64,000 nt of DNA from Nitrospirota bacterium (GTDB lineage Bacteria; Nitrospirota; Thermodesulfovibrionia; Thermodesulfovibrionales; SM23-35), in contig JBFMCL010000004.1 in assembly GCA_040754395.1 (NCBI GenBank), forward strand, positions 35,013-99,012. The letters run 5' to 3'. The position numbers and the translations under genes are program-made. Under the pieces are notes generated by a model that had not been told where the DNA came from, did no database searches, and saw nothing but the letters and a program-made list of their open reading frames with translations. Below, piece after piece: positions 1-9,233 of this stretch. Every line of letters begins with the position of its first letter. Position 1 is the stretch's first letter.

Positions 1-1
1 C

Positions 2-265
2 AGCAGACACGGCATATTTATCGAAAATATTTCTGAAAACGGCATTCATATTGTCACTTCCCATTCAGGGGAGCATCGCAAATATACCGCAGGAACCGGA
101 ATAGATGTCCATTTCAGGCTAAATTCCGGAGAAACCCTGAAACTCCACTGCAAAGTGAAATGGTCATATGCAAAGGTGCCTCCGAATGGTATGACAGACT
201 GCATAGGTCTGGAGATCATAGATCCTCCAATGCAATATATCAGGTTTGTCAAAGCCCTTCACTAA
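2..265 (+). CDS. PilZ domain protein, C-terminal fragment (5' end lies upstream of the window)
   Basis: Frame 2 is open from the window edge to TAA at 263-265. The translation (...GIFIENISENGIHIV...LKLHCKVKWSY...IGLEIIDPP...) contains the PilZ (D/N)xSxxG motif (NISENG). It is missing from the ORF track because it has no start in the window. The 46..252 minus ORF is its antisense shadow. Confidence 0.6.
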   Translation, partial: SRHGIFIENISENGIHIVTSHSGEHRKYTAGTGIDVHFRLNSGETLKLHCKVKWSYAKVPPNGMTDCIGLEIIDPPMQYIRFVKALH

Positions 266-442
266 ACAGATTAACTGATTATGTTCATATCTTTTAAGAA
301 AATACCTGTTATTCAGGCAATCATAACGCCCAGACGAACTTCTGAAGCAACACTTTCCCTTATGGGAACTTCACTAAGAAATATGTTGATGGACAAACCG
401 ATTTCTGAAATATTAGACTAAAACACTATTCGGGAGAACAAA

Positions 443-694
443 ATGATAAGGAAAATTGTGATGATACTGTTTCTGTCTGTCCTTGTTTCTTCTGCAGGTG
501 CCGCACCTGATTCACCATATGATATTATCGAAAAGCATTGCACGGGATGTCATACCGCATCTTTTGTCCTCGGTCATCAGAAAAACAGAGGCGAATGGGA
601 AAAAACCATAGATCGCATGATCAGTTATGGTACACATTTGGGCAAGGAAGAAAGAAAAATCATAACCGATTATCTGCAACAAAGCAAACGCTAA
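443..694 (+). CDS. small secreted monohaem c-type cytochrome
   Basis: N-terminal signal peptide (MILFLSVLVSSAGAA), a single CxxCH (CTGCH) and a downstream DRM that could supply the axial Met. GGGAGA Shine-Dalgarno (SD) upstream. Confidence 0.7.
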   Translation: MIRKIVMILFLSVLVSSAGAAPDSPYDIIEKHCTGCHTASFVLGHQKNRGEWEKTIDRMISYGTHLGKEERKIITDYLQQSKR

Positions 695-907
695 AACCAT
701 TTCCGCCTATCATAAGAAATGCAATACCTATAATTATGATTATAATATAAAATTATATTGATAATTTTATATGATTGAGGTATCTTACTCTGTAAATAAA
801 TCGGGCATTGTGCAGCACACTGTTTCCTGCGGGAGGACCATTCTATCGAAACCGTTATTGTCCATTGAGTATATTAGCCTTATTTCACATTACAGGAGGT
901 ATGATGT

Positions 908-1267
908 ATGGCAGAGGAGCTTGAAAAGAGAGATCTGAACAGGATTGAAGATTTCATATCCATCGCAAAGGAAGGGAAGGAAGTGCAGTTGTCTGTTTCG
1001 CTAAGAAAACAGACAGTCACACAGAAACTCCGGCCGGAAGAAAAAAACGTACTGAAAAATGAAGCTGATATTTACCTTCTTGTTGCGGACTTTTCTTTCA
1101 CGGTAGGAACATTGACGGGGAAAATATCCAAGATTTATGTATCCGGAACTGTCGATGAGCCTCTGAACGCTACACGTCAGCAGACAAGCATCGCAAATTC
1201 CCGTCTGAAAATGGATTACCTCCGTTTGCGGAGCGCCAATATAATCTTTGAGGAGGTGTTTTTCTGA
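908..1267 (+). CDS. hypothetical protein (119 aa)
   Basis: AGGAGG sits 8 nt upstream of the ATG. I recognise no motif. Confidence 0.45.
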   Translation: MAEELEKRDLNRIEDFISIAKEGKEVQLSVSLRKQTVTQKLRPEEKNVLKNEADIYLLVADFSFTVGTLTGKISKIYVSGTVDEPLNATRQQTSIANSRLKMDYLRLRSANIIFEEVFF

Positions 1268-1327
1268 TTATCTCTATCAGGAAGCAACATCCGTCATAAT
1301 GTATTTTTTACGAAATCAATGAAAGGA

Positions 1328-1672
1328 TCATATCCCGTCTTTCTCAGGCAAAGAAATACCATATTTCTTCGCCACATGAATTCCCAGCCGGAATTCTCCC
1401 CTCTTCATCGCAGCTTCCATGAGAATGCCGGCGCATTCCTTCCTGAACTTCATGCAAATATCCTTGCTCACAGTATACTTTTCCGTCATTGCTTCAATTA
1501 TTTCCCCATACTTTTCCAGCATCTTCTCAAGATTGTCCATAGAGCACACATAGTTAAATTCGCATGATATAAAATCGTAATCCATCGACAAAGCCCTGCT
1601 CCGGATTTTTTTCTTGTAGAAATCCATTTTGCGGAGGATATCATTCGGAACCTGGAACTCCATATCTTCCAT
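1328..1672 (-). CDS. hypothetical helical protein (114 aa)
   Basis: ORF lies 79 nt downstream of mtaD on the same strand. A 12-nt tandem repeat abuts the start codon. No recognisable motif. Confidence 0.4.
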   Translation of the reverse strand: MEDMEFQVPNDILRKMDFYKKKIRSRALSMDYDFISCEFNYVCSMDNLEKMLEKYGEIIEAMTEKYTVSKDICMKFRKECAGILMEAAMKRGEFRLGIHVAKKYGISLPEKDGI

Positions 1673-1696
1673 ATATTATTCCGTATATTATTCCGT
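1673..1696. repeat. 12-nt tandem duplication (ATATTATTCCGT x2) abutting the start codon of the 114-aa ORF
   Basis: Exact copies at 1673-1684 and 1685-1696. On the coding (minus) strand it reads ACGGAATAATAT x2 followed directly by ATG. Confidence 0.5.
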
Positions 1697-1751
1697 CATT
1701 ATAATTTTTTGTGTCTTCTTCATCACAATGCATAGAACGCATGAAAGATTA

Positions 1752-3071
1752 TCAACCTGCTTTTTTTATTGCTTCACCCCATTGTCTTGCCTTATTGAGA
1801 ATTGCGGATTCATCGGTGGACAGAAGAACCCTCTCATCTATAATGATTTTTCCGTTTATCATAACGCTTTCTACATCTGATGACATTGCTGCATAAACGA
1901 TATGCGAATACACATCATACAGCGGCGTCAGATGTGGCTTGTTAAAATTCACCACAATAATGTCTGCCTTCCTGCCTTCCTCTATGCTGCCCACCTTTTC
2001 TCCGAGACCGAGGACTTCAGCACCCCAGCGAGTTGCCATGAGGAGTGCGGTCCTCGCATTGATCACTGTAGGGTCACTGGCAAGCGCCTTATGTACTTTG
2101 GCAGTAGTGGACATTTCACTAAAAACATTCAGGTCGTTGTTACTCGCAGCTCCGTCGGTGCCAAATGACACCTTTATTCCCTCCATCAGCATTGTAGCAA
2201 CAGGAGCAAATCCCGAAGCAAGCTTCAGATTGCTCTCCATACAATGAGAGACTCCGACCTTTCTTTCGGCAAGCAGCTCTATTTCTTTGTCATCAAGCCA
2301 AATGCAATGTGCCGCAACTACCCTTTGGTCAAGAATGCCGAGGTTCTCAAGATATTCCACCGGTCTTTTTTTGTAACGCTTCATGACCTCCCCAACTTCC
2401 CATTCTGTCTCTGACAGATGCAGGTGAAGGGGTACGTTATATTTCTCTGCCAAGGTTTTGGCCTTTTTCAGGGTATCCGTTCCGCAGGTATACAGGGCAT
2501 GCGGTGCAACACAGGGGGTAATCAGTTCATCGCCTTTCCATTCCCTTATAAATTCCTCAGCATTGGTGAGGTATTCTGCCGGTGTGTTCGCAGACATTGT
2601 CGGAAAATCCAGAATACCAGCGCCCAGCACTGCCCTCATGCCTATTTTTTTTACTGTTTTGCCGGCCGCATCCTCATAGAAATACATATCATTGTACGTT
2701 GTCACACCTCCCTTGAGCATCTCGAGACAGGCGAGCTCTATCGCATCTGAAACAAACTGGGGACTCAACCACTTGTTCTCCGCCGGCCATATATGATTTT
2801 CTAGCCATCGGTTCAATGGCATATCGTCTGCCAAGCCCCTGAAATATACCATTGCCGCATGGGTATGGGTATTGATGAGCCCCGGCAATATGATACTGTT
2901 CTCTTTTCTGATAAAGCGGTGTGGCACATATTTTCTGCATATTTCGGATGTGTGTCCTACATCGAGAATTCTCTCTCCCTGAACAGCTACACCCCCGTCA
3001 TGGATAACTGTAAGCGCCTGATCCATTGTAAGGACAAAATCTGCACTCAGAATATAATCAACTCTAATCAC
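1752..3071 (-). CDS. mtaD: 5-methylthioadenosine/S-adenosylhomocysteine deaminase (amidohydrolase superfamily)
   Basis: 439 aa. Has the HTHAAM metal-binding motif, and the FGTDGAASNN and HxH patterns typical of MtaD/ATZ-TRZ amidohydrolases. GTG start. Confidence 0.85.
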   Translation of the reverse strand: MIRVDYILSADFVLTMDQALTVIHDGGVAVQGERILDVGHTSEICRKYVPHRFIRKENSIILPGLINTHTHAAMVYFRGLADDMPLNRWLENHIWPAENKWLSPQFVSDAIELACLEMLKGGVTTYNDMYFYEDAAGKTVKKIGMRAVLGAGILDFPTMSANTPAEYLTNAEEFIREWKGDELITPCVAPHALYTCGTDTLKKAKTLAEKYNVPLHLHLSETEWEVGEVMKRYKKRPVEYLENLGILDQRVVAAHCIWLDDKEIELLAERKVGVSHCMESNLKLASGFAPVATMLMEGIKVSFGTDGAASNNDLNVFSEMSTTAKVHKALASDPTVINARTALLMATRWGAEVLGLGEKVGSIEEGRKADIIVVNFNKPHLTPLYDVYSHIVYAAMSSDVESVMINGKIIIDERVLLSTDESAILNKARQWGEAIKKAG

Positions 3072-3159
3072 TTGATGACAGGTTTCCTTTGCATGGTCGA
3101 GTTTCTCTTCTCCGGGTATATCTGGAACCGCACGGCCAAAACAGGACTTCAGGGTATGA

Positions 3160-4179
3160 TTACGCCATCTCTGTGAGTTTTTCGGCTATCTGCACCGCGT
3201 TCAATGCTGCGCCTTTTCTCAGGTTATCGGCGACAATCCACATATTGATACCGTTTTCGATGGTTTCATCAACCCTTATGCGGCCGACATATGTCTCGTC
3301 TTTTCCTGCAACATGAATAGGGATTGGGTAGATATTTTTTTCAGGCGCATCGTACACGATAACGCCTGATGCCTCTGCAAGAATCGCGCGCACCTCGTTT
3401 GGCAGGAGTTTCCTCTCGGTTTCGATATTGAGGCTTTCAGAGTGCCCCCTGAAAACCGGTACCCGCACGGTTGTTGCGGTAAGCCGGATAGAATCATCTC
3501 CAAGAATCTTTTTCGTCTCGTTTACCATTTTCATTTCTTCTTTTGTATATCCGTTTTCGAGAAATTTGTCGATGTGAGGCAGAACATTGAACGCTATTTG
3601 ATGCGGGTATACCGTGCATGTCACACCCCTGAAATTCATAAGGTCAATCGTCTGCTGCATAAGTTCATCGATTGCTTTTTGTCCTGTTCCTGAAACTGAT
3701 TGAAATGTTGTAACCACAACCCTTTTAATACGTGCGGCATCATGTATCGGTTTCAGCACAACTACCATCTGGATGGTAGAGCAGTTTGGATTTGCGATAA
3801 TACCCTTATGCCATTTCAGATCATTCGGGTTTACCTCAGGCACTACCAGAGGCACCGCGGAGTCCATGCGCCACTGACTTGAATTATCCACAACAACACA
3901 TCCCGATTCGGCAGCTATCGGTGCCCATTCCCTTGACCTTTCAGCACCTGCCGAAAACAAAGCAATATCGACTCCCTTAAATGATTCTTTTTTCAGTATT
4001 TCCACAGGGATATCCTGCCCCTTGTACTCCAGTTTCCTGCCTTCAGACCTCTCAGAAGCAAACAGTCTGATCTTTTCAACAGGAAAGTCCCTGGTTTGAA
4101 GCGTATCGATCATTTCGTTTCCTACCGCACCTGTCGCTCCTACGACTGCTACAATATATCTGTCTTTCTTCCTGAGCAT
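3160..4179 (-). CDS. asd: aspartate-semialdehyde dehydrogenase
   Basis: GATGAVG Rossmann motif, active-site NPNCSTI, 339 aa. GGAGGG SD. Confidence 0.95.
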   Translation of the reverse strand: MLRKKDRYIVAVVGATGAVGNEMIDTLQTRDFPVEKIRLFASERSEGRKLEYKGQDIPVEILKKESFKGVDIALFSAGAERSREWAPIAAESGCVVVDNSSQWRMDSAVPLVVPEVNPNDLKWHKGIIANPNCSTIQMVVVLKPIHDAARIKRVVVTTFQSVSGTGQKAIDELMQQTIDLMNFRGVTCTVYPHQIAFNVLPHIDKFLENGYTKEEMKMVNETKKILGDDSIRLTATTVRVPVFRGHSESLNIETERKLLPNEVRAILAEASGVIVYDAPEKNIYPIPIHVAGKDETYVGRIRVDETIENGINMWIVADNLRKGAALNAVQIAEKLTEMA

Positions 4180-4337
4180 TGAAATACACCCTCCGTTTGA
4201 GTAATTTTCGCTTTTTTATATCTAATCTATTATAATGACAGATTTGAAAAAAACAATACTCAGAAGAATGTTCCCGAGATTGATAATTCTTCACAAAAAA
4301 AATTAATATTACGTAGCATCTCAGTAAAGGAGGAGCA

Positions 4338-5279
4338 ATGGGGTTTTTTGATCGCATGAAAGAAAGCTTTTCGAAAAAAGGGTTCGAACGCCTGAAAGAC
4401 AGCATCTCAAAGACACGGGAAAGTTTTATTGAAAAAGTCGAGACCATATTTACCGGCCGCAAGATAGATGAAGAATCTCTTGAAGAACTTGAAGAGATAC
4501 TGATTATGTCTGATGTGGGTGCTCACGCATCTTCTCAGATAATGCTGACTCTCAGAGAAAGTGCAAAAAAAGGAGAGGCAAAGGATCTGGAGTCAGTAAA
4601 AGCACTCCTGAAGCGTGAAATGACCGCTGTCCTCGGCGACCCCCAGCCGCTTGTCATTCATGACAGCAAACCTTATGTCATCCTTACAATCGGGGTAAAT
4701 GGAGTAGGAAAAACTACAACAATTGGGAAACTTGCAAGCAGGTTCAGATCCCAGGGGCTTTCGGTATTGCTCGCTGCCGGGGATACTTTCAGGGCTGCCG
4801 GGATAGAACAGCTCGAAATCTGGGCGAAAAGGGCTGATACACAGTTCGTGAAGCACCAGAAGGGTTCAGACCCCGCGGCAGTAGCCTATGATGCAGTAGT
4901 TGCAGCGCAGAGCAGAGGAATTGATGTCGTCATTATTGATACCGCAGGGAGACTCCATACAAAAAGCAATCTCATGGAAGAACTGAAGAAAGTCAAAAGA
5001 ACGATAGAAAAAGCCCTTCCGGGAACTCCGCAGGAAATACTGCTGGTAGTTGATGCAACAACCGGACAGAACGCACTAAGACAGGCAGAATTATTCAACG
5101 AAGCAATCGGCGTTACCGGTATAGTACTGACAAAGCTTGATGGAACGGCAAAAGGCGGAATCATATTTGCAATAAAAAAGGGATTGGGTATCCCGGTCAG
5201 GCTCATAGGGGTCGGTGAAGGGATAGAAGATCTCAGGGACTTTGCGCCAGAAGAGTTTGTAGAGGCACTCTTTTCATGA
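4338..5279 (+). CDS. ftsY: signal recognition particle receptor FtsY
   Basis: SRP GTPase motifs GVNGVGKTTTIGKLA, DTAGR and TKLDGTAKGG. AGGAGG SD. Confidence 0.95.
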   Translation: MGFFDRMKESFSKKGFERLKDSISKTRESFIEKVETIFTGRKIDEESLEELEEILIMSDVGAHASSQIMLTLRESAKKGEAKDLESVKALLKREMTAVLGDPQPLVIHDSKPYVILTIGVNGVGKTTTIGKLASRFRSQGLSVLLAAGDTFRAAGIEQLEIWAKRADTQFVKHQKGSDPAAVAYDAVVAAQSRGIDVVIIDTAGRLHTKSNLMEELKKVKRTIEKALPGTPQEILLVVDATTGQNALRQAELFNEAIGVTGIVLTKLDGTAKGGIIFAIKKGLGIPVRLIGVGEGIEDLRDFAPEEFVEALFS

Positions 5280-7035
5280 ATTCAATCCATATCGGAAGCG
5301 CTGCCTTACCGCCCGTCTCCCTCGGCCCTATCGGGGTGTGGTTGTCCCTTCCCACCCATACTCCTACGACGAGTCTTTCATCAAATCCGATGAACCATGC
5401 ATCCGTATAGTTATTTGTCGTTCCGGTTTTTCCGTACAAAGGCCTCTTCAGCTCTTTTGCTTTCACCGCAGTTCCTTCCTCAACAACTGCATGCAGAAGT
5501 GTTCTGATCTGCTCAACTTCCTCGTCTGTCAACGCTTCTTCCAGAACAGAGCCTGTTTCCTCAACAATAATCCAGTCCCTGTTGTATATTTTTTCATACA
5601 GAATGGGTTTTGGTTTATATCCTGTCGCAAAAACCGAGTAAGCAATAACCATATCGTAAAGGGTAACGTCAGACGCCCCTATTGCCAGGGGAAGATACGG
5701 CTGAAGTGTGCTGGTAATTCCGAGTCTTCTTGCGGTTTCCATGACAGTATCAACCCCAAGATATGCTGCAAGCCGAATCGCTGCACAATTGAGAGACTTG
5801 GCAAGCGCTGTTTTCAGTGTTACGTTTCCGTAATATTTTCCATCGTAGTTACGCGGGACCCATCTCTGTCCCGGCCTCGCACCCCCAAAAGAAACCGGCG
5901 AGTCATTGATTATTGATACAGATGTCATCCCGCTCTCTATGGCAGCAACATACACGAACGGCTTGAATGCGGAACCCGGCTGCCTTAAGGCCTGCGTAGA
6001 GCGATTATACTGGTTTTTCCAAAAATTAGAGCCTCCGACCATCGCCTTAATGTGCCCAGTTCTCATATCCACTGCCAGCAGCGCTGCCTCAACTCCCGGT
6101 CTTACCCTCCTCTCAATCGCTGATATACCGTTCCTTACCGCATCCTCCGCTATGCTCTGCATTCTCGAATCGAGTGTTGAGTATATCTTGTAACCCGAGG
6201 TATATAATGCATTTCCATAGCTTGGCTCAAGGTTCTGTCTTAGTAATTCTATGAAATACGGGGCATCATATTTCCTGAAGTTGGGTTTTTCGGGCAAAGA
6301 CGCCTTGTTTGCCGCCTGATACTCATTCTCGGTAATGAATTTGTTCTCCCTCATCTGCTTGAGTACTATTGCCCTTCTTTCCCTTGATTTTTCAGGATTC
6401 TTAAAAGGTGAATAGACAGACGGTGCCTTTGGCATAGACGCAAGAAGAGCCGCTTCAGGGATATTGATATCTTTCACAGATTTGCCGAAATATGTCTGAG
6501 CCGCTGCCTCTATACCGTACGCCCTTGTCCCGAAATATGCCTGATTCAGGTACATTCCGAGGATTTCGTCTTTTGTATATGTTCTCTCAATCTTAAAAGA
6601 CAAAACTGCTTCCTTGATTTTTCTGGAAATGGCCCGCTCCGGTTTCAAAAAAAGCATTCTTGCAAGCTGCTGTGTGATTGTGCTTCCGCCTTCTACGATT
6701 CCACCTGCCTTTATATCATGCCAGAGCGCTCTCATGATTCCGATAAAATCTACCCCCGGATGTGCATAAAACCTAATATCTTCCACGGAGATAAAAGCCT
6801 TTTTTACATGCTCAGGGATATGGTAATGCGGAACGAATGTCCTTCTCTCAAGATAGAGCTCTGCGATGACCTTCCCGTCGGTTGAATATACGTTTGATGA
6901 TTCCAGGGGCGCATATTCTTCAAGGAGTTTGATATTCGGCAAGTCGGACAATGTCCTGTATAACACTCCCCCGATTATGCCCGTCAGGAGAGAAAGAATA
7001 AGGAACCCTGTAATAACTTTCATCATTCTGGTCAT
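5233..7035 (-). CDS. class A penicillin-binding protein (glycosyltransferase GT51 plus transpeptidase)
   Basis: N-terminal TM helix, GT51 motifs EDIRFYAHPGVD and GGSTITQQ, and transpeptidase SxxK (SAFKPF) and KTGTT. The 3' end overlaps the ftsY 3' end. Confidence 0.9.
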   Translation of the reverse strand: MTRMMKVITGFLILSLLTGIIGGVLYRTLSDLPNIKLLEEYAPLESSNVYSTDGKVIAELYLERRTFVPHYHIPEHVKKAFISVEDIRFYAHPGVDFIGIMRALWHDIKAGGIVEGGSTITQQLARMLFLKPERAISRKIKEAVLSFKIERTYTKDEILGMYLNQAYFGTRAYGIEAAAQTYFGKSVKDINIPEAALLASMPKAPSVYSPFKNPEKSRERRAIVLKQMRENKFITENEYQAANKASLPEKPNFRKYDAPYFIELLRQNLEPSYGNALYTSGYKIYSTLDSRMQSIAEDAVRNGISAIERRVRPGVEAALLAVDMRTGHIKAMVGGSNFWKNQYNRSTQALRQPGSAFKPFVYVAAIESGMTSVSIINDSPVSFGGARPGQRWVPRNYDGKYYGNVTLKTALAKSLNCAAIRLAAYLGVDTVMETARRLGITSTLQPYLPLAIGASDVTLYDMVIAYSVFATGYKPKPILYEKIYNRDWIIVEETGSVLEEALTDEEVEQIRTLLHAVVEEGTAVKAKELKRPLYGKTGTTNNYTDAWFIGFDERLVVGVWVGRDNHTPIGPRETGGKAALPIWIEFMKRVPLQTLLAQSP

Positions 7036-7047
7036 TGTTCAATTATA
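7036..7047 (-). promoter_or_regulatory. -10-like TATAAT exactly 6 nt upstream of the PBP ATG (candidate leaderless start)
   Basis: Minus strand reads TATAAT-TGAACA-ATG. No SD and no convincing -35. Confidence 0.3.
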
Positions 7048-7146
7048 ATCGATATTCTTTTGAAAATTATGCGGGTTCTGATTAACGCAGCATGGCGGAG
7101 GGAAAAGGCTGTATTATTTCATGTTTTTTTGTTGTTCAGGGTCTTC

Positions 7147-7659
7147 TCAGACAGGACGGTGTATTTCTTCAATAACCAGTTCGATAATTTTGGGAACTTT
7201 ATCTCTGATCTCCGGAGACAATTCCATGCTCATCTCAAGAGATTTGGGTTCAATTCCAATTACCGTCGTACTGGGTCTTTTCCCGATCAATACGGATAAA
7301 TCGATAACTTCCAGAATACCGATCTGGTGGACAGATGTCTTGAACCCTGACGGAACATTTCTCACTTCATCTATGTCAAAACGGTAGATTGACCCCGGTG
7401 AGGCATGTCCCCTGACTGCGTCAATGACAATCAGACGGTCTGCCTCTGTAATTATGTTCAAAAGCCTGAAACCGTCCGTACCACCCTCTACAACAGTCAC
7501 TTCGGGGGGAAATTTCATTTGTATGAGCTCGTTTGCGACGTGAACACCGATGCCTTCATCGGACAGAAGGATATTTCCTACACCAAGTACAACGATTTTC
7601 TTGGGGGAGACATTGTCTCCCCCCTCTGTTGTTGTGTAAACCTTTTCAGTTTTTTTCAT
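7147..7659 (-). CDS. [NiFe] hydrogenase maturation endopeptidase (HyaD/HybD/HynC family)
   Basis: VLGVGNILLSDEGIGVHV motif. 4-nt overlap with the large-subunit stop. Confidence 0.9.
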   Translation of the reverse strand: MKKTEKVYTTTEGGDNVSPKKIVVLGVGNILLSDEGIGVHVANELIQMKFPPEVTVVEGGTDGFRLLNIITEADRLIVIDAVRGHASPGSIYRFDIDEVRNVPSGFKTSVHQIGILEVIDLSVLIGKRPSTTVIGIEPKSLEMSMELSPEIRDKVPKIIELVIEEIHRPV

Positions 7660-9218
7660 TCGATAATGAACTTCCGTATCTGATTGTCTTGCGGGTCAAT
7701 GACGTGTATTGCGCACGCCAGACATGGATCAAATGACCGTATGATTCGGACGACATTGACAGGATTTTTGGGATCCGGAACAGGAGCTCCTATCAATGAT
7801 TCCTCATACTGTCCGCGAACTCCGTTGTCACATCGTGGTGATGCGTTCCAGGTTGAAGGGACAACAGCCTGATAATTCTCGATCTTTTTGTCCCTGATTC
7901 TGATCCAGTGACCAAGGGCTCCCCTCGGCGGCTCGGAAAAACCGGCTCCCATGCCGCTTGACGGAGGATCCCAGTGTTCAGTGTCATGAATTTTGAATCC
8001 GGGTTTTGTCATCTCCGTCTGAAGCTGGTCCAGCCAATGATAGCAGGCGTCGACAACCATTTTGGTTTCTATGGCCCGTGCTGCATGTCGTGCTACAGCG
8101 CCGGGTTTTGCGCCTTTTTCTACCAGTGCAAGTATGTCGCTGTTTTTTGCTATGATCATTCTTGCAAGCGGACCGACTTCCATCGCGGTGCCTTCATAAC
8201 GCGGTGCCTTCACAAAAGAGTATGCATTCTTTTTATCAAGGTTGAATATCTGTTCACCGTTATATGGATGAACGGGTTTGTTCTCCTTGTACCACGCATA
8301 TTTCACGGATTCGGTGATCCTTTCCGGAATGACCGTGTCAATCTTTATGTCTGCCGGATTCAGTCCTTTCATGACACCAGCAGGGAAGAGGAGCTTCTTG
8401 CCATCCTTGTCAAGCTGGAAGTCACCATACGACATATAATTATGGTGTCCCCCCCCGATACCCATTTGGGCAAGCGGCCAGAGTGGTCCTGTGCCGAATG
8501 CAAGCACATCCGGTATATAGATTTCACTGATGAATTTCGCCTGCTCATCCAGCATCGAACGGAACCGTGCAACCTGGTTGATGTCCGGAAAAGACGTCAC
8601 TCCGCCGACAACGATGTTCTGATAGTGCGGGGTTCTTCCACCCCATATGGCTCCCATATTCCGCGCTTTAGCGTGCATCTTCAGGGCCTTCAGGTAATGG
8701 CTCACTGCAGATATCACGATATCAGGATCTTTCACGGTAAACTCATCAGGTTCATATCTCGGGGTGAGGGGATAGGTATCCTTTGCCTTCACCAGGGATA
8801 CTATTTTGTCCTTAACCGCAAGAAGATCCTTGTCATTTCCCTTGTAGTCGGCGATCGCCATGATATCAATGTAATCAAGGGCACTTAACTGGTAAAAATG
8901 GAGAGGATGATCATATATGTATTCTGCGCCCATCACAAGATTTCTTATGAGATTTCCTCCCCAGGGAACCTTGGCCCCGAATGCAGCATCAAGGGCGCGT
9001 GAAGAGGCGAGCTGGTGCACACTGTAGCATACCCCGCAGAAGCGGCTGGTAACATACGATGCATCCCTGGGATCCTTCCCCGTGAGAAGAGCCTCAAATC
9101 CCCTTGCCATCGTGCCGCTGCTCCATGCATTCTTGACCTTGCCATTCTCGATCTCGACTTCAATCTTCAGATGTCCTTCGATCCTGGTTACCGGATCAAT
9201 CGTAATTTTCTTAGCCAT
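7656..9218 (-). CDS. [NiFe] hydrogenase large subunit (periplasmic, group 1-like)
   Basis: N-terminal RIEGH and RFCGVC. C-terminal DPCLACAIH followed by a 15-aa extension, the protease substrate. AAAGGAGGTGA SD. Confidence 0.95.
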   Translation of the reverse strand: MAKKITIDPVTRIEGHLKIEVEIENGKVKNAWSSGTMARGFEALLTGKDPRDASYVTSRFCGVCYSVHQLASSRALDAAFGAKVPWGGNLIRNLVMGAEYIYDHPLHFYQLSALDYIDIMAIADYKGNDKDLLAVKDKIVSLVKAKDTYPLTPRYEPDEFTVKDPDIVISAVSHYLKALKMHAKARNMGAIWGGRTPHYQNIVVGGVTSFPDINQVARFRSMLDEQAKFISEIYIPDVLAFGTGPLWPLAQMGIGGGHHNYMSYGDFQLDKDGKKLLFPAGVMKGLNPADIKIDTVIPERITESVKYAWYKENKPVHPYNGEQIFNLDKKNAYSFVKAPRYEGTAMEVGPLARMIIAKNSDILALVEKGAKPGAVARHAARAIETKMVVDACYHWLDQLQTEMTKPGFKIHDTEHWDPPSSGMGAGFSEPPRGALGHWIRIRDKKIENYQAVVPSTWNASPRCDNGVRGQYEESLIGAPVPDPKNPVNVVRIIRSFDPCLACAIHVIDPQDNQIRKFIIE

Positions 9219-9233
9219 ATATTTTCACCTCCT

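Noticed and set aside
46-252. 68-aa minus-strand ORF at the window start.
   Set aside because: It is antisense to an open plus-strand frame that carries a clear PilZ motif and runs in from the window edge. The plus-strand reading is the better explanation.
281-421. 46-codon ORF between the PilZ fragment and the cytochrome gene.
   Set aside because: It has no SD or promoter geometry and no recognisable peptide features. I cannot distinguish it from chance.
4381-4389. GGTTCGAAC, a tRNA T-arm-like string. I also made a general scan for tRNA genes and CRISPR arrays.
   Set aside because: It lies inside the ftsY coding frame with no acceptor or anticodon arms around it. No intergenic region is long enough or repetitive enough for a tRNA gene or CRISPR array.
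7974-8888. 304-aa plus-strand ORF inside the hydrogenase large-subunit gene. Similar cases are 9015..9707 (230 aa) and 35863..36462 (199 aa, inside the TPR gene).
   Set aside because: In each case I checked that the ORF is in the codon-aligned antisense frame of a well-supported gene; for example 9218-7976 is divisible by 3. That frame stays open whenever the sense gene avoids TTA, CTA and TCA codons. None has an SD and the translations are low-complexity.
7656-9218. Possible [NiFeSe] hydrogenase or selenocysteine recoding.
   Set aside because: The C-terminal motif reads DPCLACAIH with ordinary Cys codons, and there is no in-frame TGA interrupting the gene.
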